Assembly: GCA_008501635.1 (NCBI GenBank)
Contig: QQUJ01000004.1
Span: forward strand, 3,085 to 67,084
Direction: 5' to 3'
DNA from: Pseudomonadota bacterium
GTDB lineage: Bacteria; Pseudomonadota; Gammaproteobacteria; QQUJ01
Length of the DNA stretch: 64,000 nt
The notes beneath the pieces are model-generated. The model saw nothing but the letters and a program-made list of their open reading frames with translations, ran no database searches and was not told the origin of the DNA. Made by a program: the position numbers and the translations under genes. Of this stretch, positions 39,623-50,063 are shown in pieces (positions within the stretch are counted from its first letter, which is position 1; each line of letters starts with the position of its first letter).

Positions 39623-40336
39623 CTATTCACTCGGCAAGGTCTGCATATAGGTGGCGAGATCGACAGCGATCTTCACATCCAAAGCCCGCAACGCCGGCAT
39701 ACTTTCGTTGGGCTGACCGTTGAGGATCTTGTGCAGCATTTCCGGTACGTTGTCGGCAACGGATCCCAGCGGCGGCGCATCTCTAACCTTTTTGCCGTCT
39801 CGCCCGTGGCAGCCGGCGCAAATGGTGTTGAAGTACGCCTCACCCTGTCCGGCGTTTCCTTTTGCAACCTTGCCTTCATAGTAGGGTGAATAGTCCACCT
39901 GACCTTTGGTGACAAATAGCGCAAGATCGCGGCGATCCGCCGCGGAGAGTTGCGCATCAGTAAAGGCGTGGTTCTTATCCCTGAGTATCGCTTCGATAGC
40001 ACTCGGGTCTTTGCCCGCCATGGCGCTGACGCCCTTGATACCGCTGGCATGGCTACCACTCTTGTAGGCCCCATCCTTGCCGCGATAGTCCCAGCCGTGA
40101 CACTCCTTGCAACGGAAAGAGTTGTGATTGGCGTATTTGCCGTCCTTGATCGGGTACGCGGCATGCTTGCCTTCAGGTTTGACAGTGCCGTTCTCTGCCC
40201 ACCACTTGTCGTAGAGCTTACCGCCGCGGGCGATCGCGGACTCCTCCTCCGCGGCCTGTACCGGCGCTACTGGCGCCACCAGCACAAGACCGAACAGGGC
40301 GAGCAATACAGCACCTGCTGAATATTTCGTTTTCAT
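39623..40336 (-). CDS. Dihaem cytochrome c (periplasmic)
   Basis: Start MKTKYSAGAV at 40336 with RBS AAGGGG. Signal peptide. Two CxxCH motifs (CKECH, CAGCH). Confidence 0.7.
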   Translation of the reverse strand: MKTKYSAGAVLLALFGLVLVAPVAPVQAAEEESAIARGGKLYDKWWAENGTVKPEGKHAAYPIKDGKYANHNSFRCKECHGWDYRGKDGAYKSGSHASGIKGVSAMAGKDPSAIEAILRDKNHAFTDAQLSAADRRDLALFVTKGQVDYSPYYEGKVAKGNAGQGEAYFNTICAGCHGRDGKKVRDAPPLGSVADNVPEMLHKILNGQPNESMPALRALDVKIAVDLATYMQTLPSE

Positions 40337-40370
40337 TGTGGTACCCCTTTCGCGAATCAAATAGTTGACG

Positions 40371-40388
40371 TAATCCACCCAAGCAAAC
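40371..40388 (-). promoter_or_regulatory. Candidate sigma-54 (-24/-12) promoter for the cytochrome genes
   Basis: Minus-strand TGGTATGTCGTTTGCT has GG and GC with exact 10-nt spacing, about 35 nt upstream of the cytochrome ATG. A palindrome TGTCAC-N6-GTGACA (40485-40502) lies about 100 bp further upstream as a possible enhancer site. Confidence 0.4.
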
Positions 40389-40508
40389 GACATACCAACG
40401 TCGCTTCTGATAGATGGAGCAAGCAACACGAAAGAGTGGGCTGACTTGATCGGCTAAACAGGTGGGTCATAGACGCGCGAAATTGTCACTGACAAGTGAC
40501 ATGTGTCG

Positions 40509-41875
40509 CTATTTTTTGACGAATCCCCATCGCTGCATGCGTACGTAGAGATTCTGACGCGGGATACCGGAGAGCCGCGCTGCTTCGGAGACATTGCCTC
40601 CAGCTGTTTCCAGCACCCGTTCCAGGTAATCGCGCTCAAAGGCATGGCGCTCAATCTGGTAGGGATCTACGCCGGTCTGCTGCTGACTTTCAACGCCGGA
40701 CACTACCCTTTCGATACACCCCACGACATGTGCCGAATCCACTGGACCGCCGGGATGAAGAGCCACAAGTCGCTCCAGGGCATGCTCCAACTCGCGGACA
40801 TTGCCGGGCCAATCGTGGGCTTCCAGCCGGCGTATGGCATCCGTCGACAGGGGGCCGACTTGCTTGTTGAATTTTTCGTTAAAGTGATCGAGAAAGTGAG
40901 TGGCGAGGCGCAGCAAGTCGCTGTCGCGCTCGCGCAGTGAAGGTAGGCGCAGCACAATAACGTTGATGCGGTAATAGAGATCCTCCCGGAAGCGACCCGC
41001 CTGCACCTCTGCCGCCAAGGCACGGTTGGTGGCACAGATCAGACGGAAATTGCTGGTACATGGCTCGGTGCTGCCAATCCGGTTAAATCGACCGTCCTGC
41101 AAGACCCGCAGCAGACTTGCCTGGAGTTTCGGACTCATGTCGGCAATCTCATCGAGAAAAATGGTGCCACCATCGGCTTTTTCGAAAAACCCGAGCGTGG
41201 CGCGCAACGCACCGGTAAATGCCCCCTTTTCGTACCCAAAAAGCAAACTTTCTAGCAGATTTTCCGGCAACGCACCGCAATTCACATCGAGGAATTTCCC
41301 CTGCGCCCGCTGACTCTCTGCGTGCACCACCTTGGCGACGAGATCCTTGCCCGTACCGCTTTCCCCTTCGAGCAGCACCGTGGCGTCCAGGTGGGCCACC
41401 TGGTGGATTTGTTCGATCAGCCGTTTCATAACAGGCGACTGGCCGATCAGGACCGGTGCACCCCCTGCCGCCGCCAGCGAAGCGCGTAGCGAATCGATCT
41501 CCCGGTAGGCGCGATCCAGCTCCAAGGCGGTGTCAATGACCCTTTCCAGCTCTTCCAGATCCTCGAAGGGTTTAGTGAGGTAATCGAACAATCCCTCGCG
41601 CACCGAGGCCATCGCATCACGCACGTCGGCGTAGCCGGTCATGAGGATCGCAACAAGGCGGGGGCGCCGTTCGCGCATCTCGCGCAGCAATTCCAGCCCG
41701 TTCCCATCTGGAAGACGCTGATCCATGAGCACGAGGTTGAAATCCTCGGTAACGAGCAGACGACGTGCTTCGGCGGCATTCTCGGCAAAGGCCGGTTGGG
41801 TCGGTCGGGTCTGAAGCAGTTCCTGCAGCAGGCCGCGAGTGTAACGATCATCGTCGACGATCAGGATTTTCGACA
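40509..41875 (-). CDS. Sigma-54-dependent response regulator (NtrC family)
   Basis: Start MSKILIVDDD at 41875. Receiver domain, AAA+ domain with GESGTGK Walker A and GAFTGA motif, C-terminal HTH. Confidence 0.85.
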
Positions 41876-43641
41876 TCAGCGCCTCTCTCCGCCTCCTCGT
41901 CGGGCAACCATATTGCAAATCGCGCGCCGCCTTCTTCACGGTTCGCGGCATCCACCCGTCCACCGTGCAGTAGCGTCACGTAAAGAACCACCGGCAGTCC
42001 CAAACCGGTGCCCTCCGGTCGGGTCGTGAAAAACGGATCGAATAGGCGCTCCATCACCTCCGGTTCCAGGCCCGGCCCTTCGTCCTCGACAGTGAGCATC
42101 CAGCCCGGGCGGCCATTCTCAGGAGAGTATCCGGGTTCCAATGTCAACCAGATGCGTCCCTTACCACCCATTGCCTGACAGGCGTTGAGCAATAGGTTGA
42201 ACAGGGCGTGTCTGAGCAGCACGGGATCGACCGCAATCCGGACCTGCTCGGGCACCCGGAGTTCCACACTGACCTGTTGTCCGCCGCTCTGGCGAAACAG
42301 CGAGATCGTCTCGCGCACCAACGCGCACAGATCTGTCGATTTGCGATGAACGCGCGAGACCTTGGTAAACTCGAGCATACGCCGTACGAAGCTTCTGCAG
42401 TCCTCACCCGCCTGGCGAATCTCGCCCAGCAATTTGCGGACCCGCAGCGGATCATCGATCACACGCTCTGCCAGCTGGGCCATATTGACCACACCAACCA
42501 GGGGATTATTCAACTGATGCGCGATCTCGCCGGTCAATGTACCGAGCGCTGAGAGCTTCTCTACCTGAGCCATGCGCTGATGTTCGGTGCTGATGTGCAA
42601 CAAGCGCATTTCAAGCTCGTGCTGCCGCTGGTAGTCGCGTTCGACACGGGCCAACGCGCTGCGAAAAAAGAGGAACACGAAGACTCCCGCCAAAACGCTG
42701 ACCAGCGTGGCCAGCAGCAGCGAGCGGCGGAAGTTGGCCTCTAACCGGGTTACGTCGCGCACGATCACCAAGCGGCCGATCTCGTTACCAGCGGCATTGG
42801 TCAGCGGCAGACTGGCGAAAAAGAGGCCTTTGCGGTTATCGCTGACCTCGATCTCCCCACCCCTCGCCAGAATGGGCGAGAACCGCTCCTTGAGCGCGAT
42901 CGGGATCCGCTCCAGGGTCTGCGCAACCAGCACAAAGGATCGAAATTCGTCCCACTGCCCTTCCCGGCCAAGCAGCCGTAATCCGGCTTCCCACCGCTCC
43001 CGCGTCAGATACTGCTTGTCGACAAAGGCCAGGAGTTCCACACCGAGTGTGGCCCGGATATCGAACAGCAGATGCTCGATCTCCTGACCGAGCTCCACGT
43101 ATCCGAGCAGTTCCGCGCCGCGTTTCCAGGGGATTACGGTGCGCAGCGTCAGGGTCCCCTGCCGGCCCAGTTCTAGGCCATAGACAACCTGCTGGAGCTC
43201 CTTCGCGCGTTGAACCGTAAACCGGTCGATCACATCGCCATACTGTTGGGGGTCATACATGCGCAACAGGTTCACCAAATCGGGACCGGTGAAATAGAGG
43301 TGGGTGATCCCGTAATCGGTGCGGATCGTCTCGAACAGCGGCGTCGCGATATCGAGCAGCGCCTGGCGATCATGGACGGCCAGCGCCTTCTCCAGTGCCC
43401 GATTGTGAAATAGCGCCGTAGCCAGGCCGCGCATCGCCTTCGCCTCTTTCTCCACCTTTTGACGCAATAGTGTACTCACAGCGCTGGCACTCTTGGCGAG
43501 ATCGTCATCGCGTGTCTTCTGTTCGAGGAAATAGACGGTGACGAGGAAGGCCGCCACCACCAATAGAACCACCACGAGAAAGGTACCAAGGATCGATGTG
43601 ACGACCCTTCGTCCATGCCGCGCTGGCCTGTCGTTTTTCAT
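41848..43641 (-). CDS. Sensor histidine kinase with large periplasmic sensing domain
   Basis: Two TM helices flanking about 290 aa of periplasmic domain. H-box (IAHQLNNPL) and HATPase_c (GTGLGLPVV). Overlaps the response-regulator gene by 28 bp. Confidence 0.8.
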   Translation of the reverse strand: MKNDRPARHGRRVVTSILGTFLVVVLLVVAAFLVTVYFLEQKTRDDDLAKSASAVSTLLRQKVEKEAKAMRGLATALFHNRALEKALAVHDRQALLDIATPLFETIRTDYGITHLYFTGPDLVNLLRMYDPQQYGDVIDRFTVQRAKELQQVVYGLELGRQGTLTLRTVIPWKRGAELLGYVELGQEIEHLLFDIRATLGVELLAFVDKQYLTRERWEAGLRLLGREGQWDEFRSFVLVAQTLERIPIALKERFSPILARGGEIEVSDNRKGLFFASLPLTNAAGNEIGRLVIVRDVTRLEANFRRSLLLATLVSVLAGVFVFLFFRSALARVERDYQRQHELEMRLLHISTEHQRMAQVEKLSALGTLTGEIAHQLNNPLVGVVNMAQLAERVIDDPLRVRKLLGEIRQAGEDCRSFVRRMLEFTKVSRVHRKSTDLCALVRETISLFRQSGGQQVSVELRVPEQVRIAVDPVLLRHALFNLLLNACQAMGGKGRIWLTLEPGYSPENGRPGWMLTVEDEGPGLEPEVMERLFDPFFTTRPEGTGLGLPVVLYVTLLHGGRVDAANREEGGARFAIWLPDEEAERGADVENPDRRR

Positions 43642-43677
43642 TACACTTCCCGCTTTCCCGAGTGCCCGTCACATTAG

Positions 43678-43837
43678 GGAACCTCTGATCAAATCGTGTT
43701 CAGTGATTCTGTTGCCCGGAAGCGACGATTGCGGTGTTGGAAAGCTCGGCCATAGCGGGCTATTACCTGCACTTTCCGCCTTGAACTCACCCCTTCCGTA
43801 CAGCACTCCCATCTAAACAGACTTGATCATAGGTTCC
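43678..43837. mobile_element. MITE-like 160-bp element, copy 2 (inverted relative to copy 1)
   Basis: Reverse complement aligns end-to-end with 38874..39033. TIRs GGAACCTCTGATCAAATC and GACTTGATCATAGGTTCC. Lies 37 bp upstream of the kinase start codon. Confidence 0.6.
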
Positions 43838-44100
43838 TCAGGTTCTACCCGTTTGCAGGGCGAGCTCTCGAACCTTCCCTCCATTGTGGCGGGGATCGCT
43901 GCGGATATCCAAAGGACGCTGACGACAAGCGACATGCAGCAAGGCGAGGGCGCGCAAGAAGCGCGTTCGGCTATACATCCGGTGATATCCCTTTGCCGGT
44001 GCGCGACCCGTTAGAATCCCGTGTACCCAAAAGCACGCCCAACTCATCCTGCTATCATGGACCGCGCTGCCCAATAGCGCACTCGACCACCAGCCCTGCA

Positions 44101-46164
44101 ATGGATACCACCACGCAGACCACCACGATCCCGCTGCACCACCCGCTGCTGCGCGGCGATCAACGCCTGCGTATCGCCTTGGTCGGTCTGCCCAAAAGCG
44201 GCAAGAGCACCATTTTCCAGGCGGTCTCCTCGACCAGCATCTATCGTGGCGAATTGCTCGGCACCCGCAAGGACTTCAGCGAATCGCGTGTGCAGATCGG
44301 GCTTGATGAAGCCTCGGTGGTGGATCTGCCCAGCATCGATGCTTTGCATCACCTACCCGAAGAGGACCGCGTCACCCTGAAGCACCTGCTGTGGGGCGAT
44401 CGCCGCCCACCGGTGAGCAGTCACGAGGGCGGCGAGCCGCCGGCGCCGTTCGCGCCACCGCAGGTGCTGATTCAGGTGGTCGACGCTACGGCGCTGCAGC
44501 CGAGCCTGGAACTCACCCTGGAACTGAGCCTGCTCGGGCGTCCGCTGGTGATCGCCCTCAATCGCCTCGACGAGGCGCGGCGCAAGGGACTGTTCATCAA
44601 CGCCGACACACTCAGCCAACAGCTCGGCGTGCCGGTGATCCCCACAGTCGCCCATATGGGCAAGGGGATAGCCGCCCTGTTCGAAGCCGCAGTGGCGGCG
44701 TATCGCAATCAGGTATGCCCGTTGCCCGAACCGGCCAGCCCCCATCTGCAGATCGCCCTGCAGCCACTCGGCAGAACGTTGGCGCGTCCGGCGCTGCATA
44801 AGGCCTTCCGGGTCCCGCAATCCCTGCTGTTGATGCAGCTTGCGGTTGGCGACGATTACTTCCAGGACGAACTTCTGGCCCACTTCCCCCAGGTGATTCC
44901 CGAGATCGCAGCCGCGTGCGTCGCTGCCGAAGAGCACCTGCCGCGACCCCTGGCCGATGAGTTGCATGCCGATCGCCACCATCGCGCGGCCACCCTCTAC
45001 GAGGCTGCGACGCGGCTCGGCGGGAGCGCTGACGACCGTCGCTGGAAGCGCTGGCTTGACGAGCTGTTTCTGCATCCACGCTGGGGGCTGGTGGGCAGCC
45101 TCGCTGTCTTCGCGCTGGTGCTCTATGTCGTCTTCGAGGTGAGCGCCGTGCTCGATAGCTGGAGCGTGGGACCGCTCACCGCGTGGGCCGATCAATGGCA
45201 GCCGCAATCGACGACCGGGGTGATCGGGCGTGCCGTCATCGACGGTCTGATCGGGCTGGTGGGCATCGTCGTGCCCTACATGATCCCCCTGGTGATGCTG
45301 CTGGTGGCGCTTGAGGAGTCGGGCATCATGCAGCGCATCGCCTTCGTGGTGGACCGCGGTTTCCATCACATCGGCCTGCACGGCGGGGTGGCGGTGCCGT
45401 TTCTGCTCGGCCTCGGCTGCAACGTCCCGGCCATCTCCGCAGCCGCGCGCATGGGTCAGGGGCGCGAGCGGGTCGTCGCCGCGCTGCTGATCACCTTCGT
45501 CCCCTGCTCGGCGCGCTCGGCCGTCATCCTCGCCATCGGTGGCAAGTATCTCGGCGGCCTCGGTGTCTTCGCCATCTTCGCCATGACCCTGGTGGTGATC
45601 GCGGTACTGGGGCGCGTGCTGTCGCCGCGCTTCGGCGACGCCATGCCGGGGCTGATCCAGAACATCCCCGCCTATCGACTCCCCCGCTTCCGGTCCCTGA
45701 CAGCACAGACCTGGGAACGCACCAGCGACATCCTCACCATCGTCACGCCGCTGCTGGTGGGCGGTAGCGTGGTGCTGGCCCTGCTCAGCCATGCCGGCGC
45801 AGACGCCACGATCAACACCCTGCTGATGCCGATCACCGACTGGTGGCTGGGCCTGCCGGTGGTACTTGGCGTACCGATCCTGTTCGGCATCCTGCGCAAG
45901 GAGCTGTCGCTGCTGATGGTCTACCAGGCGCTCGGCACCTTCGAGATCGGTCCGTTGCTGAGCGATGTGCAAATCCTCACCTTTCTGCTCTTTCTCACCT
46001 TCTATGTCCCCTGCATCTCGACCTTCGCGGTGATGATGAAGAGCCTGGGGCAGCGCGAGGCGTTCTACTCGGTGACACTTTCGGTGGGCGTGGCGCTGGT
46101 GATCGCCGGGGTGGCGCGGGCGTTGATGGAAACGGCTGCCTGGGTGACGGGCGGCTGGCTCTAA
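44101..46164 (+). CDS. feoB: Ferrous iron transporter FeoB
   Basis: Start MDTTTQ at 44101. G-domain G1 GLPKSGKST and G4 NRLD. Polytopic gate and core domains. No feoA seen. Confidence 0.75.
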   Translation: MDTTTQTTTIPLHHPLLRGDQRLRIALVGLPKSGKSTIFQAVSSTSIYRGELLGTRKDFSESRVQIGLDEASVVDLPSIDALHHLPEEDRVTLKHLLWGDRRPPVSSHEGGEPPAPFAPPQVLIQVVDATALQPSLELTLELSLLGRPLVIALNRLDEARRKGLFINADTLSQQLGVPVIPTVAHMGKGIAALFEAAVAAYRNQVCPLPEPASPHLQIALQPLGRTLARPALHKAFRVPQSLLLMQLAVGDDYFQDELLAHFPQVIPEIAAACVAAEEHLPRPLADELHADRHHRAATLYEAATRLGGSADDRRWKRWLDELFLHPRWGLVGSLAVFALVLYVVFEVSAVLDSWSVGPLTAWADQWQPQSTTGVIGRAVIDGLIGLVGIVVPYMIPLVMLLVALEESGIMQRIAFVVDRGFHHIGLHGGVAVPFLLGLGCNVPAISAAARMGQGRERVVAALLITFVPCSARSAVILAIGGKYLGGLGVFAIFAMTLVVIAVLGRVLSPRFGDAMPGLIQNIPAYRLPRFRSLTAQTWERTSDILTIVTPLLVGGSVVLALLSHAGADATINTLLMPITDWWLGLPVVLGVPILFGILRKELSLLMVYQALGTFEIGPLLSDVQILTFLLFLTFYVPCISTFAVMMKSLGQREAFYSVTLSVGVALVIAGVARALMETAAWVTGGWL

Positions 46165-46168
46165 TCTG

Positions 46169-47233
46169 TCATAGAGCGCGGCGCATCAGATAAACCGCCA
46201 ACCCAGTAAAAAGCAGCAGCGGCAATGACGCCGCGAAAAGCGGGTTGAGGTCGAACACCTGTCCCATGTGTCCAAAACTGCGCGAGAGAATCTGAAAGCC
46301 GATGCCGAGCAGCGTGCCTATCAGCACCCTCTGACTGACCGGTACCGAACGGTTCGAACCGAAGACGAAAGGCAGTGCCAACGATAACATCACCACGGTG
46401 GCCACAGGCGCAAGCACGCGGATCCAGAATGCGATCCGGTAGCGCTGGGATTCCAGGCCGTTCCGTTCCAGGTAATCGATATACTGATGCAGCCCCGCCG
46501 TGGACAGGCGTTCCGGCTCGACTGAGACCACCTTGACCAGCTCCGGATCGAGGTCGGTGCGCCACACCATCTCGTCAAGACGCTCCGCCTTGACCCGCTC
46601 TGCCCCGATCTCACTGCGTGCCACATCGCGCAGCCGCCACTCGCCCTTCAGGTAAACGCCACTTGCGGCATGCAGCGAGTAACGCAGCTGCTGCGCCGAA
46701 TCGAACTCGTAGACGTAGACATCCACCAAGCGCGAGCCCGGCAGGATGCGGCGAATGTTGATGTAACGATCACCCTCGCGTACCCAGAAGCCGAGTTTGG
46801 TCTTGTTGGAAAACTCCTTGGACAACGCGGCCGCGCGCCGCTCCTGTGCCCACTGGTCGGTCACCGGCGAGATGCCTTCGCCAAGAATCAGCGTCACCAC
46901 GATCAACACAAAACCGACCCGCATCACCGAGCCGAAGATACGCAGCACCGAGACTCCGGCGGCACGCACCACCACCAACTCGCTGTTGTTGGCCAACGCA
47001 CCCAAGCCGATCAGGGTGCCGATGAGCGCGGCGAGGGGCAGCATCTCGAAGGCACGCCGCGGCATGGTGAGCAGCACGTACTCCAGCGCCTGCAACAGGC
47101 CGTAGTTGCCGCTGCCGACATCGGCCAGCTCGACCACGAGATCGATCACCGTCATCAGCGCCACCAGAATCAGCAGCACCGTCAGCGACCCCTGCAATAC
47201 CGCGCGCCCCAGGTAACGATCGAGGATTCTCAT
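46169..47233 (-). CDS. lptG: LPS export ABC permease LptG
   Basis: Start MRILDRYLGR at 47233 (overlaps the lptF stop). YjgP/YjgQ family. Confidence 0.8.
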   Translation of the reverse strand: MRILDRYLGRAVLQGSLTVLLILVALMTVIDLVVELADVGSGNYGLLQALEYVLLTMPRRAFEMLPLAALIGTLIGLGALANNSELVVVRAAGVSVLRIFGSVMRVGFVLIVVTLILGEGISPVTDQWAQERRAAALSKEFSNKTKLGFWVREGDRYINIRRILPGSRLVDVYVYEFDSAQQLRYSLHAASGVYLKGEWRLRDVARSEIGAERVKAERLDEMVWRTDLDPELVKVVSVEPERLSTAGLHQYIDYLERNGLESQRYRIAFWIRVLAPVATVVMLSLALPFVFGSNRSVPVSQRVLIGTLLGIGFQILSRSFGHMGQVFDLNPLFAASLPLLLFTGLAVYLMRRAL

Positions 47234-48317
47234 GCCACCGACCTGCGCCAGCCAGGACCTGAACGCCGCGCCTGCAATGCCAGCCACAGGGCCAGTACGC
47301 CGATGTGCACCCACCACATTCCCAGTGCGGAGGGGATGACACCACGGGCCAGCCAGGTCTCCGCCATGACCAGGATGTTCGCGTAGACCACGTAGACGAG
47401 GATCGCCAGAAAGAGTTTTCCGTAGCGCCCCTGCCGCGGTGAGGCGTAGCTGAGCGGCAGCGCCAGCAGCGCCAGCAGCAGGGCACTGATCGGAACAGCC
47501 AGGCGGGTATGCAGCTCGGCCCAGGCCCAGGTCGTTCCCTCGGCGAGCAACTCTCGCGTCGGGCGGCCCTTGGTCCGTATGGTTCTGTCCGCCTGCGGAT
47601 CGCGCTCATCGATACGCACCGCGTATTCCTTGAAATCGAGGATGGTGTAGTCGGCATCGCCGGGGTGGCCCTCGAATCGTCGCCCATCCGCCAACACCAG
47701 ATAGCGATCGCCAGTGTCCGGGTCGGTGCGCTCCTGGCCGCTTTCAGCCACCACCACACCCAGGCGATCGTTGCTGCGATTCTGGATGAACACCCCTTGA
47801 TAGCGGTTCTGTTCGCGATTGAGCGTTTCGGTGTAGAAGACCACCCCGCCGTCATCCGATTCCTTGAAACGGCCGGCGCTGATCCCCGAGACATCGGCGC
47901 GTTGCTCTGCGTCCTGCTTGATGCGTTCGCCGGTGGCATCGGCCCACGGGCCCACCGTGAACGACAATCCGCTCAACAGCACGACAACCGGGACAATAAA
48001 GATCAACAGCGCGCGGTAGAGTCTGTCATAGCCGACCCCGCACGCATTCAGCACCGTGATTTCGTTATCGCGATACATGCGGCCCATGGTCAGCAACACC
48101 GCAATGAAAACTGCCGGCGGAATCACCAATGCCAGGTTGGTGACCGATTTCAGGAACAGCAACGCAAAGATCACATCGCCCGCCATTTCACCGGCCGCCA
48201 CACGCGCCAGCAGCGGTGCCACCCGGCTGCTCAGATAGATGAGCATCAATACGGTCGCCACCGACAGCAGCGATTTGCTGAACTCTTTGAGCAGATAACG
48301 GTTGATGACGGTCAAGA
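47230..48317 (-). CDS. lptF: LPS export ABC permease LptF
   Basis: Conserved N-terminus (M)TVINRYLLKEF begins at an in-frame TTG (48317). The ORF-track upstream extension is unlikely. Divergent from pepA as in E. coli. Confidence 0.7.
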
Positions 48318-48475
48318 AGTTTTCGCTTTGAAAATTTAGCCGGAGTTTCGCTCGATAAAATCGCTCATTGCGATAAACTTGCCGCAATCGATAGTTTTGA
48401 TTGGCGCCTGCGGACACCCCTCTGCGCAAGGTTACGTCAGAACGCCCTTCCTGAAAACCAAACCCCGGAGCTGTA

Positions 48476-49975
48476 ATGGAATTCCAGATCAAAAGCGGTA
48501 CTCCCGAAAAACAGCGCACCGCCTGCCTGGTCGCCGGCGTCTACGAAGGCAAACGCCTGTCGCCCGTTGCCGAAGCGCTCGACAAGGCGGCGAATGGCCA
48601 TCTCACCCAGGTGATCCGCCGCGGCGATCTCCTGGGCAAGTCCGGCCAGACGCTGCTGCTCCACCAGGTGCCGGGAATCACGGCGGAACGGGTGCTGCTG
48701 GTCGGCTGCGGCAAAGCCGCGGAGTTCGGTGATCGCCAGTACCGCGAAGCCCTCCTCGCCGCCCTGCGCAAGCTGCAGGAGACCGGCGCGGCCGATGCGC
48801 TGCTCACCCTGACCGAGCTCGACATCAAGGGGCGCGACAGCTACTGGAAGGTCCGCCAGGCCGTCGAAATCGCCGCGGCCAGCGCGTATCGCTTCGAAAC
48901 GACCAAGTCCAAAAAGGACAAGACACCGCGACCGCTGCGCAAAATCGCCCTCTCGGTAACGGAAAAGAGAGCGCACAAGGCTGGTGAGCAGGCGATTCGC
49001 CACGGTAGCGCCATCGGCGCCGGCAGCGTGCTGGCCAGGGAACTCGGCAATCTGCCCGCCAACATCTGCACCCCCACCTACCTGGCCGCCCAGGCACGCC
49101 AGCTGGCACGGGGCAACGCCAAGCTCAGGGTGACGGTGCTCGACCAGAAACAGATGGAGAAACTGGGCATGGGCTCACTGCTTTCGGTCGCCAAGGGCAG
49201 CCAGGAGCCGCCGAAGCTGATCGTGCTGGAGTACGGCGGCGGCAAGAAGGGCGACAAACCCCACGTGCTGGTGGGCAAGGGAGTCACCTTCGACTCCGGC
49301 GGCATCTCCATCAAACCCTCACCCGCCATGGACGAGATGAAGTTCGACATGTGCGGCGCGGCGAGCGTGCTGGGCACGCTCAAGGCCTGCACCGAGCTCG
49401 ATCTGCCGCTCAACGTGGTCGGCATCGTGCCCGCCTGCGAGAACCTGCCCAGCGGCACCGCCAACAAGCCGGGCGATGTGGTGACCAGCATGGCGGGACT
49501 CACTATCGAGATCCTCAACACCGACGCCGAGGGCCGGCTGATCCTCTGCGACGCGCTGACCTATGCCGAGCGCTACCACCCGAAGTCGGTAATCGACATC
49601 GCCACCCTGACCGGCGCCTGCGTCATCGCCCTGGGTAAGCACGCCTCGGGTCTGTTGGCCAATCACGCCCCGCTGGCCCAGCAGCTGCTGAAAGCCGGCA
49701 CCTACGCCGGCGACCGGGTCTGGGAACTGCCGCTGTGGGAGGAGTACCAGGAGCAGATCAAGACCAACTTCGCCGATGTCGCCAACGTCGGCGGCCGCGA
49801 GGCCGGCACCATCACCGCCGCCTGTTTCCTGGCGCGCTTCACCAAGAAGTACCACTGGGCGCATCTCGACATCGCCGGGACCGCCTGGCTGCAGGGCGAG
49901 GCCAAGGGCTCGACAGGGCGGCCGGTGCCGTTGCTGACCCAATACCTGCTGGATCGGTCGAGGAGCGCGACCTGA
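48476..49975 (+). CDS. pepA: Leucyl aminopeptidase (cytosol aminopeptidase)
   Basis: 499 aa. NTDAEGRL and VGKGVTFDSGG signature motifs. Confidence 0.9.
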   Translation: MEFQIKSGTPEKQRTACLVAGVYEGKRLSPVAEALDKAANGHLTQVIRRGDLLGKSGQTLLLHQVPGITAERVLLVGCGKAAEFGDRQYREALLAALRKLQETGAADALLTLTELDIKGRDSYWKVRQAVEIAAASAYRFETTKSKKDKTPRPLRKIALSVTEKRAHKAGEQAIRHGSAIGAGSVLARELGNLPANICTPTYLAAQARQLARGNAKLRVTVLDQKQMEKLGMGSLLSVAKGSQEPPKLIVLEYGGGKKGDKPHVLVGKGVTFDSGGISIKPSPAMDEMKFDMCGAASVLGTLKACTELDLPLNVVGIVPACENLPSGTANKPGDVVTSMAGLTIEILNTDAEGRLILCDALTYAERYHPKSVIDIATLTGACVIALGKHASGLLANHAPLAQQLLKAGTYAGDRVWELPLWEEYQEQIKTNFADVANVGGREAGTITAACFLARFTKKYHWAHLDIAGTAWLQGEAKGSTGRPVPLLTQYLLDRSRSAT

Positions 49976-50063
49976 TTCATCAAGAGATACCGGTGGGAGC
50001 GGCGGAAGCCGCGAATCGATGCGGCCAATCGCGGCTTCCGCCGCGCCTACGGTTGAATCCGCT

